Shown: positions 38,737 to 48,583, counted from the stretch's first letter. The stretch is DNA of 64,000 nucleotides from an uncultured Actinomycetes bacterium (GCA_963749895.1 CAVVOG010000001.1:18068-82067), one strand, 5' to 3'. Translations and numbers: made by a program. Notes: generated from the sequence alone by a model not told the origin.

Positions 38737-39564
38737 ATGAAGTGGTGGACGAGATGGCGGGTCTGCCTCGCGTCCGTGATCGGCCTCACACTGGTGTTTC
38801 CCGCTACGGCGACGAAGTCACTGCCCGTGGCGGAGGTGTGGCCGGACTCACCGGTTGCCGCCACCTTCTCGGCGGGACGAGGGGATGGGTACATGCGCGT
38901 GGAGGTGACCCGACACGGCAACCTGCTGTTCGAATCACCTCAAGGGGTTCTCCTGACCGCGTTCGACGACGGGTACGCGCTCTGCGCTCCAGCGCCGACC
39001 ATGGAGGCCTTCGCCTACGACCTTCCTGTCGGGGAGGTGTGGCCGCTGGAGCAGGGCTTCACGTCGGCCTCGGTGAAGCAGCCAACTCCTGGCGCCTTCC
39101 CGGTCAAGATCATCCGGAAGACCACCGATGGGCGGCTCCGAGTGGACCAGACCTGGCAGGTTCCCGATGCGGCCGAGCGAGACGTGACCGTTCGGATGAC
39201 CGTGCGCAACCTGACCTTGACGACGATCGACGACGTGGCCTTGATGCGCAGCGCCGACGCGCACTACTCCGAGGACCTCTCGTGGTTCTTCCTCGGCGCG
39301 ACGACCGATGACACGGCTTTCCAGTGGTGGCAGGACCTCGCGAGCGAGGACGTGCGGGGGTTGGCGATGACCGCAGGGTCTCTCGGTCGGCCACACGAAG
39401 CCGGGATGTCGACCGATGTCGACCTCGCACTGTCATGCGGCGGCTTCGCCGAGATGTACCCGGACGCGCTGCGCGGCGGCGGGTTCCCCCAGGTCGTGTA
39501 CCAGCTTGGCACGCTCGAGCCTCGGGAGGAGGCGAGGTTCGTCTTCTCCTACCGTCGCATGTGA
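38737..39564 (+). CDS. secreted hypothetical protein
   Basis: RBS AAGGGGGTG and the signal peptide MKWWTRWRVCLASVIGLTLVFPATA; no recognisable domain. Confidence 0.6.
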   Translation: MKWWTRWRVCLASVIGLTLVFPATATKSLPVAEVWPDSPVAATFSAGRGDGYMRVEVTRHGNLLFESPQGVLLTAFDDGYALCAPAPTMEAFAYDLPVGEVWPLEQGFTSASVKQPTPGAFPVKIIRKTTDGRLRVDQTWQVPDAAERDVTVRMTVRNLTLTTIDDVALMRSADAHYSEDLSWFFLGATTDDTAFQWWQDLASEDVRGLAMTAGSLGRPHEAGMSTDVDLALSCGGFAEMYPDALRGGGFPQVVYQLGTLEPREEARFVFSYRRM

Positions 39565-39674
39565 GAACGGGCCCGTGCCGAGGGCCGCTGCTGCAAGTAG
39601 TGCCGAACGCGTAGCCGGGGTAGGCTACGTGCCGAGCGGGTGGCTGCCGGGCGCCCGCGGGGAGGGGCGTTCGG

Positions 39675-41015
39675 GTGGAAGACACGCGCATCCGTGTGGT
39701 CGTCGGCGAGGGGGACTCCCCTCGTCGCGGACTGCTCCGGTTCGTCCTGGAGGGCGACGGCTACGACGTCGTCGCGGACGCGTCCACTGCGGCCCAGCTG
39801 GCGCGCGCGGTCGCCGACCATGACCCGGAGGTCGTGGTCCTCGACGACGGCATCGGCGCGACGGCCCCTCAGGTCGTCCGCGAGATCTCTCCCCGAACGA
39901 AGATCATCCTGGTCTGGCCCGATGCGGTCGTGCCGATCGGCGGGGACGCACGGGTCGAGCCGTCGCAGGTCCTTCGACAGCTCGGCCCCACCGTCGCGAA
40001 GGTGGCCGCGGGGATCGCCGGACTCACCACGATCGAGCGCCCGGACTGGATCGAGAAGGTTCGCAAGGACCCCGCGACCCTGAGGGAGCGGCTCGAGCGC
40101 AGCGGCGGGCTCCCGAAGCGACCGAGCGTGACGGAGCTCCAGCGGCGCGGCCAGCGCCTGCACCCGGCCTCTCCCTCCGAGGAGGAACGGACCGGCGATC
40201 GAGACGAGGCCGGAGTCGCGCCGGTCCTCCCGCTCGCTGCTGCCGGCGCCGTGATCGGAGCGAGCGGGGCCGCGGAGGCGACGATCGAGCTCCCCGACTC
40301 CCCGGAAGCCGGGGCCCCGGTCCTGCACCTGCCTCCCGATGAGGGAGCCCCCGTGCCTGCAGGCGCCGGGGCGGCCGACGCGAACGCGACGGAGTTCAAC
40401 CGCCGGCTCGGTGCGATGGCGCTCGGAGGGGCGGCGGTGGTCGGCGCGGTCGTGCTCGCGCTGGCGCTCGGCGGCTCCAGGGTCCCGACCGACATCATCC
40501 TGGCGGAGGGTCCCGGGACGGCGGTCGTACCCGGACCGGCGATCGACTCCGGTCTCGACGAGCCCGAACCCCAGGAGCCCGGCGGTGAACCGGGCGAGCG
40601 TCCCGACGACGACGGCACGCAGCCCCCTCCCGGCATCGTGCCGGGAACCACGACCGACGGCCAGGACGACGGAACGCCCGGCGGCGGAACCGACCAGCCG
40701 CCGGCGCCCCCGGGGGGCGGGACCGAGCCTCCGCCGGAGATCCCCGGAGGCGAGAACCCGCCTTCCCCGCCTCCCACGTATCCCCCGTCTCCCCCGCCAC
40801 TCAGCGCCCCCGGAAGGAGCGCGCTGAGCAACCCACACGGTGTCCCACCAGGTCAGACGTCCGACGCGAGGTCGGCCTCCAGCAGCGTCACGGGCCCTGC
40901 CGGCAACGGCGCCCGTCACTGGGTCGACGGTCTCCCGGGCCACGCTGGCGAGCACGGACAGGGGATCGACCGCGGCAAGGGCCTGGACAAGATCCGGGAC
41001 CGCCTGGGCTCGTGA
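39675..41015 (+). CDS. membrane protein with an N-terminal degenerate receiver (REC-like) domain, a single TM and a Pro/Gly/Asp-rich extracytoplasmic region
   Basis: RBS GGAGGGG before the GTG. The REC-like fold lacks the acidic pair (VVVGEGDSP) but keeps an Asp in the VVVLDDGIG context. TM: LGAMALGGAAVVGAVVLALALGG. Confidence 0.6.
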   Translation: MEDTRIRVVVGEGDSPRRGLLRFVLEGDGYDVVADASTAAQLARAVADHDPEVVVLDDGIGATAPQVVREISPRTKIILVWPDAVVPIGGDARVEPSQVLRQLGPTVAKVAAGIAGLTTIERPDWIEKVRKDPATLRERLERSGGLPKRPSVTELQRRGQRLHPASPSEEERTGDRDEAGVAPVLPLAAAGAVIGASGAAEATIELPDSPEAGAPVLHLPPDEGAPVPAGAGAADANATEFNRRLGAMALGGAAVVGAVVLALALGGSRVPTDIILAEGPGTAVVPGPAIDSGLDEPEPQEPGGEPGERPDDDGTQPPPGIVPGTTTDGQDDGTPGGGTDQPPAPPGGGTEPPPEIPGGENPPSPPPTYPPSPPPLSAPGRSALSNPHGVPPGQTSDARSASSSVTGPAGNGARHWVDGLPGHAGEHGQGIDRGKGLDKIRDRLGS

Positions 41016-41040
41016 CGGCCGCTCCGCCATACTCGCACCC

Positions 41041-41886
41041 ATGACGGTGCAGAACGGCCACGGCACCCTCCGCCGCGTCTACGTCCGTCCGCCGGATTCC
41101 GCTGCTGTCCACGCGTGGGCCGACCATGGTTGGCACGCGCCGATCGATCTCGACCGTGCCGCCGAGGAGCACGCGGCCTTCCGCGCGGAGCTGGAGCGCG
41201 CCGGAGCCGAGGTCGTCGTCGGGACGACGCCGGTCCCGGGCGACCCCGACGCGATCTACGCGTACGACCCGTTGCTGCCTACCGACGACGGCGTCGTCGT
41301 CCTGCGTCCGGGCAAGGAGCAACGCCGGGGGGAGCCCGACGCCCTCGCCGCCGACCTCGAGGCCCTCGGCTTGAAGGTCCGTGGGCGGCTCGAGGCGCCC
41401 GCGACCGCCGAGGGCGGCGACATGTTCTTCCTCGACGAACGGACCCTCCTGGTCGGGATCGGCTACCGCACGAACGAGACCGCCGTCGAGCAGCTGCGGA
41501 CGTTGCTGCCCGACGTCGACGTCGCGTCCTTCGACCTGCCGCACCTCAACGGCCCCGACGAGTGCCTGCACCTGATGTCGTTCGTCTCCCCGCTCGACGC
41601 CGACCTCGCGGTCGTGTACCTCCCCCTGATGCCCGTCCGCCTCGTCCAGCTGCTCGCCGCGCGCGACGTCACGCTGGTGGAGGTGCCCGAAGCCGAGTTC
41701 CCGACGATGGGACCGAACGTGCTCGCCCTTGGACCCCGCCTGGCGCTCGCGTTGGAGGGCAACCCGATCACGAAGGAGCGGATGGAGGCGGCCGGGGTCG
41801 AGGTCCGCACCTACCGAGGCGACGAGATCAGTCGCAAGGGCGACGGCGGCCCGACCTGTCTGACCCGGCCCCTCGAGCGGGGTTGA
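41041..41886 (+). CDS. amidinotransferase-superfamily enzyme (dimethylarginine dimethylaminohydrolase/arginine-deiminase-like)
   Basis: Pentein-fold signatures and a C-terminal catalytic Cys in a G-G-P-T-C-L context. Confidence 0.75.
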   Translation: MTVQNGHGTLRRVYVRPPDSAAVHAWADHGWHAPIDLDRAAEEHAAFRAELERAGAEVVVGTTPVPGDPDAIYAYDPLLPTDDGVVVLRPGKEQRRGEPDALAADLEALGLKVRGRLEAPATAEGGDMFFLDERTLLVGIGYRTNETAVEQLRTLLPDVDVASFDLPHLNGPDECLHLMSFVSPLDADLAVVYLPLMPVRLVQLLAARDVTLVEVPEAEFPTMGPNVLALGPRLALALEGNPITKERMEAAGVEVRTYRGDEISRKGDGGPTCLTRPLERG

Positions 41887-42147
41887 CGTCGCGGGCACGT
41901 CCCGCCACGGGGGGGTCCACCGGCCCGTCCGCCCGATGACCGCCACGACCTACCGTTGAGCCAGACGGGGAGGTGGCGACGCGACGCGTCCGGACCGCTC
42001 GACGGTCGGCCGCACCGTGAGCCCAGGTTCGCCGGCGTGTGCTCCTGAGCCACGTCCGCCTGGGTCGCGGGGCGATGCCGACGGATGCGTGAGGGGTCGT
42101 CGACCGCACCGTCGTCCGGCCTGAACCCCCCTCGGCCGGACGTTCCG

Positions 42148-42183
42148 GGCGGGGGCGCGGCGAGCGAGCGCCGCGCCCCCGCC
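42148..42183. other. perfect 15-bp GC hairpin (GGCGGGGGCGCGGCG-agcgag-CGCCGCGCCCCCGCC) inside a 349-bp non-coding gap
   Basis: Read directly from the sequence. No U-tract follows on either strand. Confidence 0.35.
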
Positions 42184-42235
42184 AGCATCTCGGGTCGGCG
42201 CAGGCCCGCTGGACACCGGTCGGTATCCTTCGGGC

Positions 42236-42715
42236 GTGGACGAGTTCTGGGTGCTCCTGCACCTCACCGGCGTATCGGCGTTCCTGATCGTGCACGGCGT
42301 CCAGATGTGGATGATGTTCGCCCTGCGTCCCGCCTATCCGGATCGTGCTCGGATCTTCGACCGTGCTGAGATCTCCCGGCGGGCGACCCTCCCGATGTAC
42401 GTCTCCCTCGGGGTGCTCCTGGTCTTCGGCGTCGTCGCCGGGCTCGCCGGCGACTGGTTCACGGGCGGCGCCGCGTGGCTCTGGGGCTCGATCGTCGTGC
42501 TGCTGGTCGTGACCGGCCTGATGTCCATCCTGGCGACCGGGTTCATGCGCAAGGTCCGAGAGGCCACGACCCAGTGGGCAGACGGCAGCTACACGATGAG
42601 CGATGAGGAGCTCCAGGCGCTTCTCGACGGACCGCAGGTGGCGCTCTCGAGCGCGATCGGCGGCGTCGGACTGCTGGTGATCTTGTTCCTGATGGTCGTC
42701 AAGCCGGGCGCGTGA
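42236..42715 (+). CDS. small integral membrane protein, hypothetical
   Basis: Four helices; immediately followed by serC. Confidence 0.55.
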   Translation: MDEFWVLLHLTGVSAFLIVHGVQMWMMFALRPAYPDRARIFDRAEISRRATLPMYVSLGVLLVFGVVAGLAGDWFTGGAAWLWGSIVVLLVVTGLMSILATGFMRKVREATTQWADGSYTMSDEELQALLDGPQVALSSAIGGVGLLVILFLMVVKPGA

Positions 42716-42719
42716 ACCG

Positions 42720-43826
42720 ATGAGCGAGCGCGTCGTCAACTTCTCCGCGGGTCCCGGCGCGCTCCCGCTTCCGGTGCTCGAAGAGGCGCAGCGCGATCTG
42801 GTGAGCCTTCCAGGCGTGGGCGCGTCGGCGCTGGAGGTCTCGCACCGTGGCGCATGGTTCCGCTCGACGATCGAGGAGGCCGAGGCGAACCTGCGCGAGC
42901 TGCTCGCGATCCCCGACACCCATCGCGTCGTGTTCTGCCAGGGCGGGGCCACGATGCAGTTCTCGATGCTCGCGATGAACCTCCTGCGCGGCGCCACCGT
43001 TCCGGCCGAGTACGTGGTGACGGGCTCGTGGGGCGCGAAGGCGGTCAAGGAGGCCGAGCGGGAGGGTCCGACCCGGATCGCCTGGACCGGCCGCGACGAG
43101 GGCTTCGTCCGCGTACCCGACACCGAGGAGCTGCTGGAGGTCCTGAGCGGCCACGCCCCCTACGTCCACGTGACGACGAACGAGACGATCCAGGGGGTCG
43201 AGTACGCGGACACGCCCGTCGTGCCCGACGCGTCACCGCTCGTCGCGGACGCGTCGTCGGACTTCCTGTCGCGCCCGATCGAGGTCGGCCGCTTCGGGCT
43301 GCTGTACGCGGGAGCGCAGAAGAACGCCGGACCCGCTGGGGTGACCGTCGCGATCGTCCGCGAGGATCTGCTCGCGCGGATCCCCGACGGCCTCCCGACG
43401 ATGCTCGACTACCGCACGTACGTCGAGCACGGTTCGCTGTACAACACGCCACCCGTGTTCTCGATCTACGTGCTCACGCTCGTCACCCGGTGGCTCCGCG
43501 ACGAGATCGGTGGGCTCGTCGCGATGCACGAGCGCAACCGCGAGAAGGCCGCGCTCCTCTACACGGAGATCGACGCCGCCCCCGGGTTCTACCGGGGGCA
43601 TGCCGACGAAGGGTCCCGGTCATCGATGAACGTGACGTGGCGTCTGCCGACCGAGGAGCTCGATGCGACGTTCGTCGCCGAGACCGCCGCCGAGGGCATG
43701 GTCGAGCTGAAGGGACACCGGAGCGTGGGCGGCATCCGTGCGTCGATCTACAACTCGATGCCCGTCGCGGGAGTCGAGCGCCTGGCCGCGTTCATGCGGG
43801 ACTTCCGCGCGCGCCACGCCGGGTAG
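42720..43826 (+). CDS. serC: phosphoserine aminotransferase
   Basis: VVNFSAGPGALPLPVLEEAQRDL N-terminus and the class-V aminotransferase fold; 368 aa. Confidence 0.9.
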   Translation: MSERVVNFSAGPGALPLPVLEEAQRDLVSLPGVGASALEVSHRGAWFRSTIEEAEANLRELLAIPDTHRVVFCQGGATMQFSMLAMNLLRGATVPAEYVVTGSWGAKAVKEAEREGPTRIAWTGRDEGFVRVPDTEELLEVLSGHAPYVHVTTNETIQGVEYADTPVVPDASPLVADASSDFLSRPIEVGRFGLLYAGAQKNAGPAGVTVAIVREDLLARIPDGLPTMLDYRTYVEHGSLYNTPPVFSIYVLTLVTRWLRDEIGGLVAMHERNREKAALLYTEIDAAPGFYRGHADEGSRSSMNVTWRLPTEELDATFVAETAAEGMVELKGHRSVGGIRASIYNSMPVAGVERLAAFMRDFRARHAG

Positions 43827-43835
43827 CGGACGCGG

Positions 43836-44201
43836 CTACTCCTGGGCCACGAGCGCGACGTCGAACTCGGTCCCCTCGGGATCGGTGAACGTCCGCCAGG
43901 TGAAGGGCGTGAGCTCGCGCTCGACCCCATCCCACGATCCCCCCAGGTCCTGGATGTGACGGGTCACCGCCTCGAGGTCGGCGACGCCGAGATCCAGGTG
44001 GATCCGGGTCTTCCCCTGTTTCGGCTCGGGCACCTTCTGGATGCACACGACCGGGAGCCCGTCGGCGCCCTTCAGGAAGATGAACCGGCCCTCGTCGAAC
44101 TCGCTGTCGATCTCGGTCCCGAGGACCCCCGCCCAGAAGGCCGCGACCCTCGGTGCGTCGTTCGCGTCGATCGTGATGAACAGGAAGCTGGTGTCGGACA
44201 T
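43836..44201 (-). CDS. VOC (glyoxalase/bleomycin-resistance fold) family protein
   Basis: 121-aa beta-alpha-beta-beta-beta module. Confidence 0.7.
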   Translation of the reverse strand: MSDTSFLFITIDANDAPRVAAFWAGVLGTEIDSEFDEGRFIFLKGADGLPVVCIQKVPEPKQGKTRIHLDLGVADLEAVTRHIQDLGGSWDGVERELTPFTWRTFTDPEGTEFDVALVAQE

Positions 44202-44211
44202 CGGGACCCCC

Positions 44212-45570
44212 TCAGGCGCCGATCAGCTCGTCGGCCATCTCCGTGTAGACCTCGGTGTGCCGGTCCACGTCATCGGCCGTCGTCGCCGGCGACATCAGCG
44301 CCATGTTGTGGAACGGCGTCATCAAGATCCCGCGGTTCAGCAGGTAGAGGTGGATGTAGGGGTCGACCTCCTCGTCCTGCCCCGCGGCGGCCTCGGCCCC
44401 GTTGCGCGCGCGGTCGGGGCGGAACAGGTACTCCACCCGGCACCCCAACCGAACGACGTGCCAGGGCAGCTCGCGGCTATCGATCACGCTGCGCACGCCT
44501 TCCTCGAAGCGCTCGCCGAGGCCGATCATCCGCTCGAACGCCTCGTCGGTCATCACCTCACCGAGGGTCGCGCGCATCGCCGCGAGCGAAAGAGCGTTGC
44601 CCGCGAGGGTCCCGCCGACACCGCCGACGTCGGCGTTCTTCCAGTCGGTGTGCTCGTAGACGCGCGCCGACAGCTCCTCGCTGAATCCGTAGGCGGCGCT
44701 CGCGATCCCCGCCCCCAGCGTCTTGCCGATCGTCACGATGTCGGGTTGCAGGCCCCACGCCTTCGTGCAGCCCCCCGGGCCGGCGCTGATCGTGTGCGTC
44801 TCGTCGATCAGCAGCAGGGTCCCGTACTTCGTGCACAGCTCACGGACCGCCTCGTGGTACCCGGGATCGGGCAGCACGATGCCGATGTTCGTCAGGGCCG
44901 GCTCGAACAAGCAGACGGCCACGTCGCCGTGCGCGAGGGCAGCCTCGAGCCCCTCGAGGTCGTTGATCTCGACCACGCGGGTCGTCTCGTCGAGGGGGAC
45001 CGGCAGGCCGATGTTCCCCTCGCGGGCCACGACGTTGCCGGCCTCGTCGAGCGTCGCGAACGACTCGTCGACGGACCCGTGGTAACACCAGTTGTGGACG
45101 ATCACCTTCGAGCGGCCGGTCACCTGGCGCGCCCAGCGGATCGCGAACCGGTTCGCATCGGTCGCGGTCAGCGTGAAGTTCCAATAGGGGACACCGAACC
45201 TGCGGGCGAGCTCGGAGCCGACCCAGGTCGCATCCTCGGTCGGGAGCATCAACGTGATGCCCTTGGACGCCTGCGTGGAGATCGCGTCGACGCTCACCTT
45301 CGGTGAGTGGCCGGCCATCCCCCCGGTGTCGCCCAGGCAGAAGTCGACGAATCCGTTGCCGTCCACGTCCCAGAAACGGGCGCCCTCCGCACGTTCGACG
45401 AACACCGGGTAGTCCCCCGGCCAGCGCGTCATCCAGTTCATCGGGACGCCGAACAGCAGCGACGCCTTCGCGTCCTCGGCGAGCTCGCCCGAGCGCGGGT
45501 GACGCTCGCGGAACAGGGCACGCTCGCGCTCCATCAGCTCGTGCAGTCGGGAACGGTCGATCGTCCTCAC
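44212..45570 (-). CDS. class-III aminotransferase (glutamate-1-semialdehyde aminomutase-like)
   Basis: PLP-fold with the conserved IDETHTISAGPGGCT...IGKTLGAG region. Confidence 0.85.
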   Translation of the reverse strand: MRTIDRSRLHELMERERALFRERHPRSGELAEDAKASLLFGVPMNWMTRWPGDYPVFVERAEGARFWDVDGNGFVDFCLGDTGGMAGHSPKVSVDAISTQASKGITLMLPTEDATWVGSELARRFGVPYWNFTLTATDANRFAIRWARQVTGRSKVIVHNWCYHGSVDESFATLDEAGNVVAREGNIGLPVPLDETTRVVEINDLEGLEAALAHGDVAVCLFEPALTNIGIVLPDPGYHEAVRELCTKYGTLLLIDETHTISAGPGGCTKAWGLQPDIVTIGKTLGAGIASAAYGFSEELSARVYEHTDWKNADVGGVGGTLAGNALSLAAMRATLGEVMTDEAFERMIGLGERFEEGVRSVIDSRELPWHVVRLGCRVEYLFRPDRARNGAEAAAGQDEEVDPYIHLYLLNRGILMTPFHNMALMSPATTADDVDRHTEVYTEMADELIGA

Positions 45571-45637
45571 GTGGGGCCCTCCTCGCTCGGATCCACCGCG
45601 GCTCGTGCGGCGAGGCGCAGTCTAGTACCGTCGCCTC

Positions 45638-46777
45638 GTGAGCTGGCCCGTGGTCCTCGCCGCCGGTGGCCCCCGCGAGCGCGGCCGTGCGTACGGCGCG
45701 CAGGCCGCCACGCAGGTCGGGCGATCGATCGAGATCTACGAACGGGTCTTCGCGCACTACGCGCAGCTCCCGTGGGCCGAGGTGCGACGGCGCGCCGCGG
45801 CGTTCGTCGAGGCGATCGACGCGTGCGACGTGCAGCTGCTCCCCGAGCTGGAGGGCATCGCGGAGGGTGCCGGGGTCGAGGCCGAGGACGTCTTGGCGGT
45901 GAACCTGCGGACCGAGGTCATGTTCGGGCTCGACGCCCGCCCGGCACGGGCCGCGATGAAGGAGTGCACGGCGATCGGGCGGCGGCTCGACGATGGGCAG
46001 GTCTGGATCGCGCAGAACTGGGACTGGAAACCGGCGGTACGCGAGACCTGCGTGCTGCTCGTCTGCGCGCCGCACGACCGCCCGGCGTTCGTGACCCTCG
46101 TCGAGGCGGGTCTGTGGGCGAAGTGCGGGGCGAACGAGGCCGGGCTGGGTCTGGCGACGAACGCCCTGCAGTCCAGCCGGGACCACGGAGAGCCAGGTGT
46201 TCCGTTCCACGCGATCTTGCGCCGGATCTTGACGAGCGCGACCGTCGAGGAAGCGCTCGACGCGGTCCGTCGGGGACCCCGTGCGTCGAGCGCGAACTAC
46301 CTGATCGGCGGGCGATCCGGTCGGGTCGTCGACCTCGAGTGTGCCCCCGGAGGGCCCGGGGACCTGTTCGCGCAGGAGGGCCCCGCGCTCGTCCACGCGA
46401 ACCACTTCGTGTGGCCGCTCCGGCCGTTCGAGGATCTGGGCCTGATCGACGGCGAAGACTCCCCCGTACGGCACGCGTGCGCGGCGTCGCGGGCCCCGGA
46501 CACCCGGACGCTCGAGGATCTCCACGCGCTGCTGTCGTCCCACGACGACCCGTCGGGGAGCGTGTGTGCCCACGGGGATCCGTCCCTGGACCCGGTCGAG
46601 GACTACGTCACGGTCGGTTCGTTCGTCGCGGATCTGACGTCCGGGACGATCGCCCTGACCCACGGGAATCCCTGCACCGCACCGTATGAGATCCTCAACC
46701 TCTCGGATCTCGTGCGGCGTGCGCGCGAGGGCGCGGGTCAACCCGCCGCCCCAGGGGCCGATACCGGCATCAGATGA
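45638..46777 (+). CDS. C45-family peptidase / acyl-CoA:6-aminopenicillanic-acid acyltransferase-like Ntn-hydrolase
   Basis: Candidate nucleophile Cys in KECTAIG, followed by IAQNWDW. Confidence 0.65.
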   Translation: MSWPVVLAAGGPRERGRAYGAQAATQVGRSIEIYERVFAHYAQLPWAEVRRRAAAFVEAIDACDVQLLPELEGIAEGAGVEAEDVLAVNLRTEVMFGLDARPARAAMKECTAIGRRLDDGQVWIAQNWDWKPAVRETCVLLVCAPHDRPAFVTLVEAGLWAKCGANEAGLGLATNALQSSRDHGEPGVPFHAILRRILTSATVEEALDAVRRGPRASSANYLIGGRSGRVVDLECAPGGPGDLFAQEGPALVHANHFVWPLRPFEDLGLIDGEDSPVRHACAASRAPDTRTLEDLHALLSSHDDPSGSVCAHGDPSLDPVEDYVTVGSFVADLTSGTIALTHGNPCTAPYEILNLSDLVRRAREGAGQPAAPGADTGIR

Positions 46778-47292
46778 CCTCACCGCATCCCCTCGCCGGC
46801 GTCCGCCGTGCCGCGGTCGCCGTGACCCTGTCGGTGCTCGCCGCGAGCGCCTGCTCCGACGCGGGGATCCCCCGCGGGGTCGATCCGGTCGCGAGCGCCT
46901 CGATCGTCGCGACCGTCCCCCCGCGGATCGGTCGTGAGGGATGCGATCGAGGATCGCCCATCGAGGAGATCGACGGCAGGCTCGAGGTGGAGGGACGGGT
47001 CGCCGGTGATCGCGACGAACTCTGGGCGTTGTTCGCGACCACGGCGCTCCGGTCGGGCGAGCCGGTCGACGTCCGCTGGCGGATCGGAGGTGACCGGTCG
47101 ATGCGCGTAACCCTCGTGGGTCCGAACGATCGCGTCGCTCCGGCCCCACCGCCCAGACCGGAGGCCTCGACAGGGTGGGACCGGCCGGGCGAACCGTGGG
47201 CCGGGCCGATAACGTTCCCGCAGGCCGGGTGCTGGCGCGTGGTCGTCGAGCGCGCGCGCGTCCGGGGGGAGCTGTGGGTCGAGGTCGGGTGA
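46774..47292 (+). CDS. lipoprotein, hypothetical
   Basis: ATG overlaps the upstream stop (ATGA); lipobox LAASAC. Confidence 0.6.
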   Translation: MTSPHPLAGVRRAAVAVTLSVLAASACSDAGIPRGVDPVASASIVATVPPRIGREGCDRGSPIEEIDGRLEVEGRVAGDRDELWALFATTALRSGEPVDVRWRIGGDRSMRVTLVGPNDRVAPAPPPRPEASTGWDRPGEPWAGPITFPQAGCWRVVVERARVRGELWVEVG

Positions 47293-47339
47293 GGGGCGAC
47301 CACCCCGGATCGACGAGCAGCTCGGGGTACCATCGGTCG

Positions 47340-48557
47340 ATGACCCGGAGGCCCCCGCTCCCAGCTGTCGCCCTCGCGCTCACGCTGGCCTTCGGCATCG
47401 CCGCGGCCGATGGGGCGCCGGCGTCGGCCGGTACACGACCGAAGTGGATCACGCGGATCCAGGAGGTCGTCGGCGACCGCCCGTTCTCGATCGCGATCGG
47501 GAACGACGGCGACCACTGGTACCGCCACCGGGCGTGGGTCCGCAGGGCACCCGCCTCGAACGAGAAGCTCCTGCTCTCGATGGCGCTGTTCGAGCGGTAC
47601 GGCACGACGCGGACGATCCGGACCTGGGCGATGGCCGACGGCCAGGTCGTCGACGGGGTCTTGCGCGGCGACCTGTGGCTCGTGGGGCGCGGGAACCCCG
47701 AGATCGACACGCTCGATCTCACTCGGCTGGCCGCTGAGCTCGACGCGGCGGGGATCCGACGGATCCGCGGAGGGGTGCGGGGGGCGATCGGACCGTTCGC
47801 CCGCGACTGGTGGGCGACGGGCTGGCGCGACTACTTCCCCGACGTCTACATCGCGTTGCCGACCGCGCTCGCCTTCAAGCAGAACCGCGACGGCTCCGGT
47901 GGGATGGTCACCGACCCGGAGCGACGGGCCGCCAAGACGATGACCGCACGTCTCGGGGCGCTCGGGATCGGGGTCCGCGACCCCGCGGGCGCCGGGAAGC
48001 CGCCGCAGGGGATGGGACGGCTCGCGTTCGTCGACTCCGACCCCTTGCGAGACGTGGTCCGCCGGATGAACCTGCGCTCACGCAACTTCTGGGCCGAGGT
48101 GCTCGGCAAGCGCCTCGGCGCCGACACGTACGGGAGGGGCACGATCGACAACGGCGCGAGGGCGATCTGTGCCTACGCGGCCGCGCACGGCCTGGACTTC
48201 ACCTGCTACGACGGCTCGGGGTTGTCGTACGCGAACCGTGCCTCGGCGCTCGGGATCGTCCAGCTGCTGTGGGACGCCCAGACGGAGCCGTGGGGCGACA
48301 CGCTGCGCTCGACGCTCCCCGGCGGCGGGCAGGGCACCCTCGAAGATCGCCTCCTCCAGGTCCGCGTGCGGGCGAAGACCGGCACCCTGGACGACGTGAG
48401 CGCCCTGTCGGGATGGGTCTGGCTCCAGCGCTCGAACGAGTGGGCCGAGTTCTCGATCCTGTCGAGCGGCTTCGACGATCAGGCGGCCAAGACGATCGAG
48501 GACCAGATCGTCCGTGTCGTCAGCGCGAACGCGATCGACCCCGACCCCACCGACTGA
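47340..48557 (+). CDS. D-alanyl-D-alanine carboxypeptidase/endopeptidase (PBP4, peptidase S13)
   Basis: Signal peptide, SxxK-type N-terminal region (ASNEKLL), and KTG triad (RAKTGTL). Confidence 0.8.
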   Translation: MTRRPPLPAVALALTLAFGIAAADGAPASAGTRPKWITRIQEVVGDRPFSIAIGNDGDHWYRHRAWVRRAPASNEKLLLSMALFERYGTTRTIRTWAMADGQVVDGVLRGDLWLVGRGNPEIDTLDLTRLAAELDAAGIRRIRGGVRGAIGPFARDWWATGWRDYFPDVYIALPTALAFKQNRDGSGGMVTDPERRAAKTMTARLGALGIGVRDPAGAGKPPQGMGRLAFVDSDPLRDVVRRMNLRSRNFWAEVLGKRLGADTYGRGTIDNGARAICAYAAAHGLDFTCYDGSGLSYANRASALGIVQLLWDAQTEPWGDTLRSTLPGGGQGTLEDRLLQVRVRAKTGTLDDVSALSGWVWLQRSNEWAEFSILSSGFDDQAAKTIEDQIVRVVSANAIDPDPTD

Positions 48558-48583
48558 TCCGATCGAGGCCGGATCACCCGCGC

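Noticed and set aside
42148-42183. GC hairpin as a canonical intrinsic terminator
   Set aside because: No U-rich tract follows on either strand and it lies 260 nt beyond the nearest stop codon. It is kept only as an unexplained structured element.
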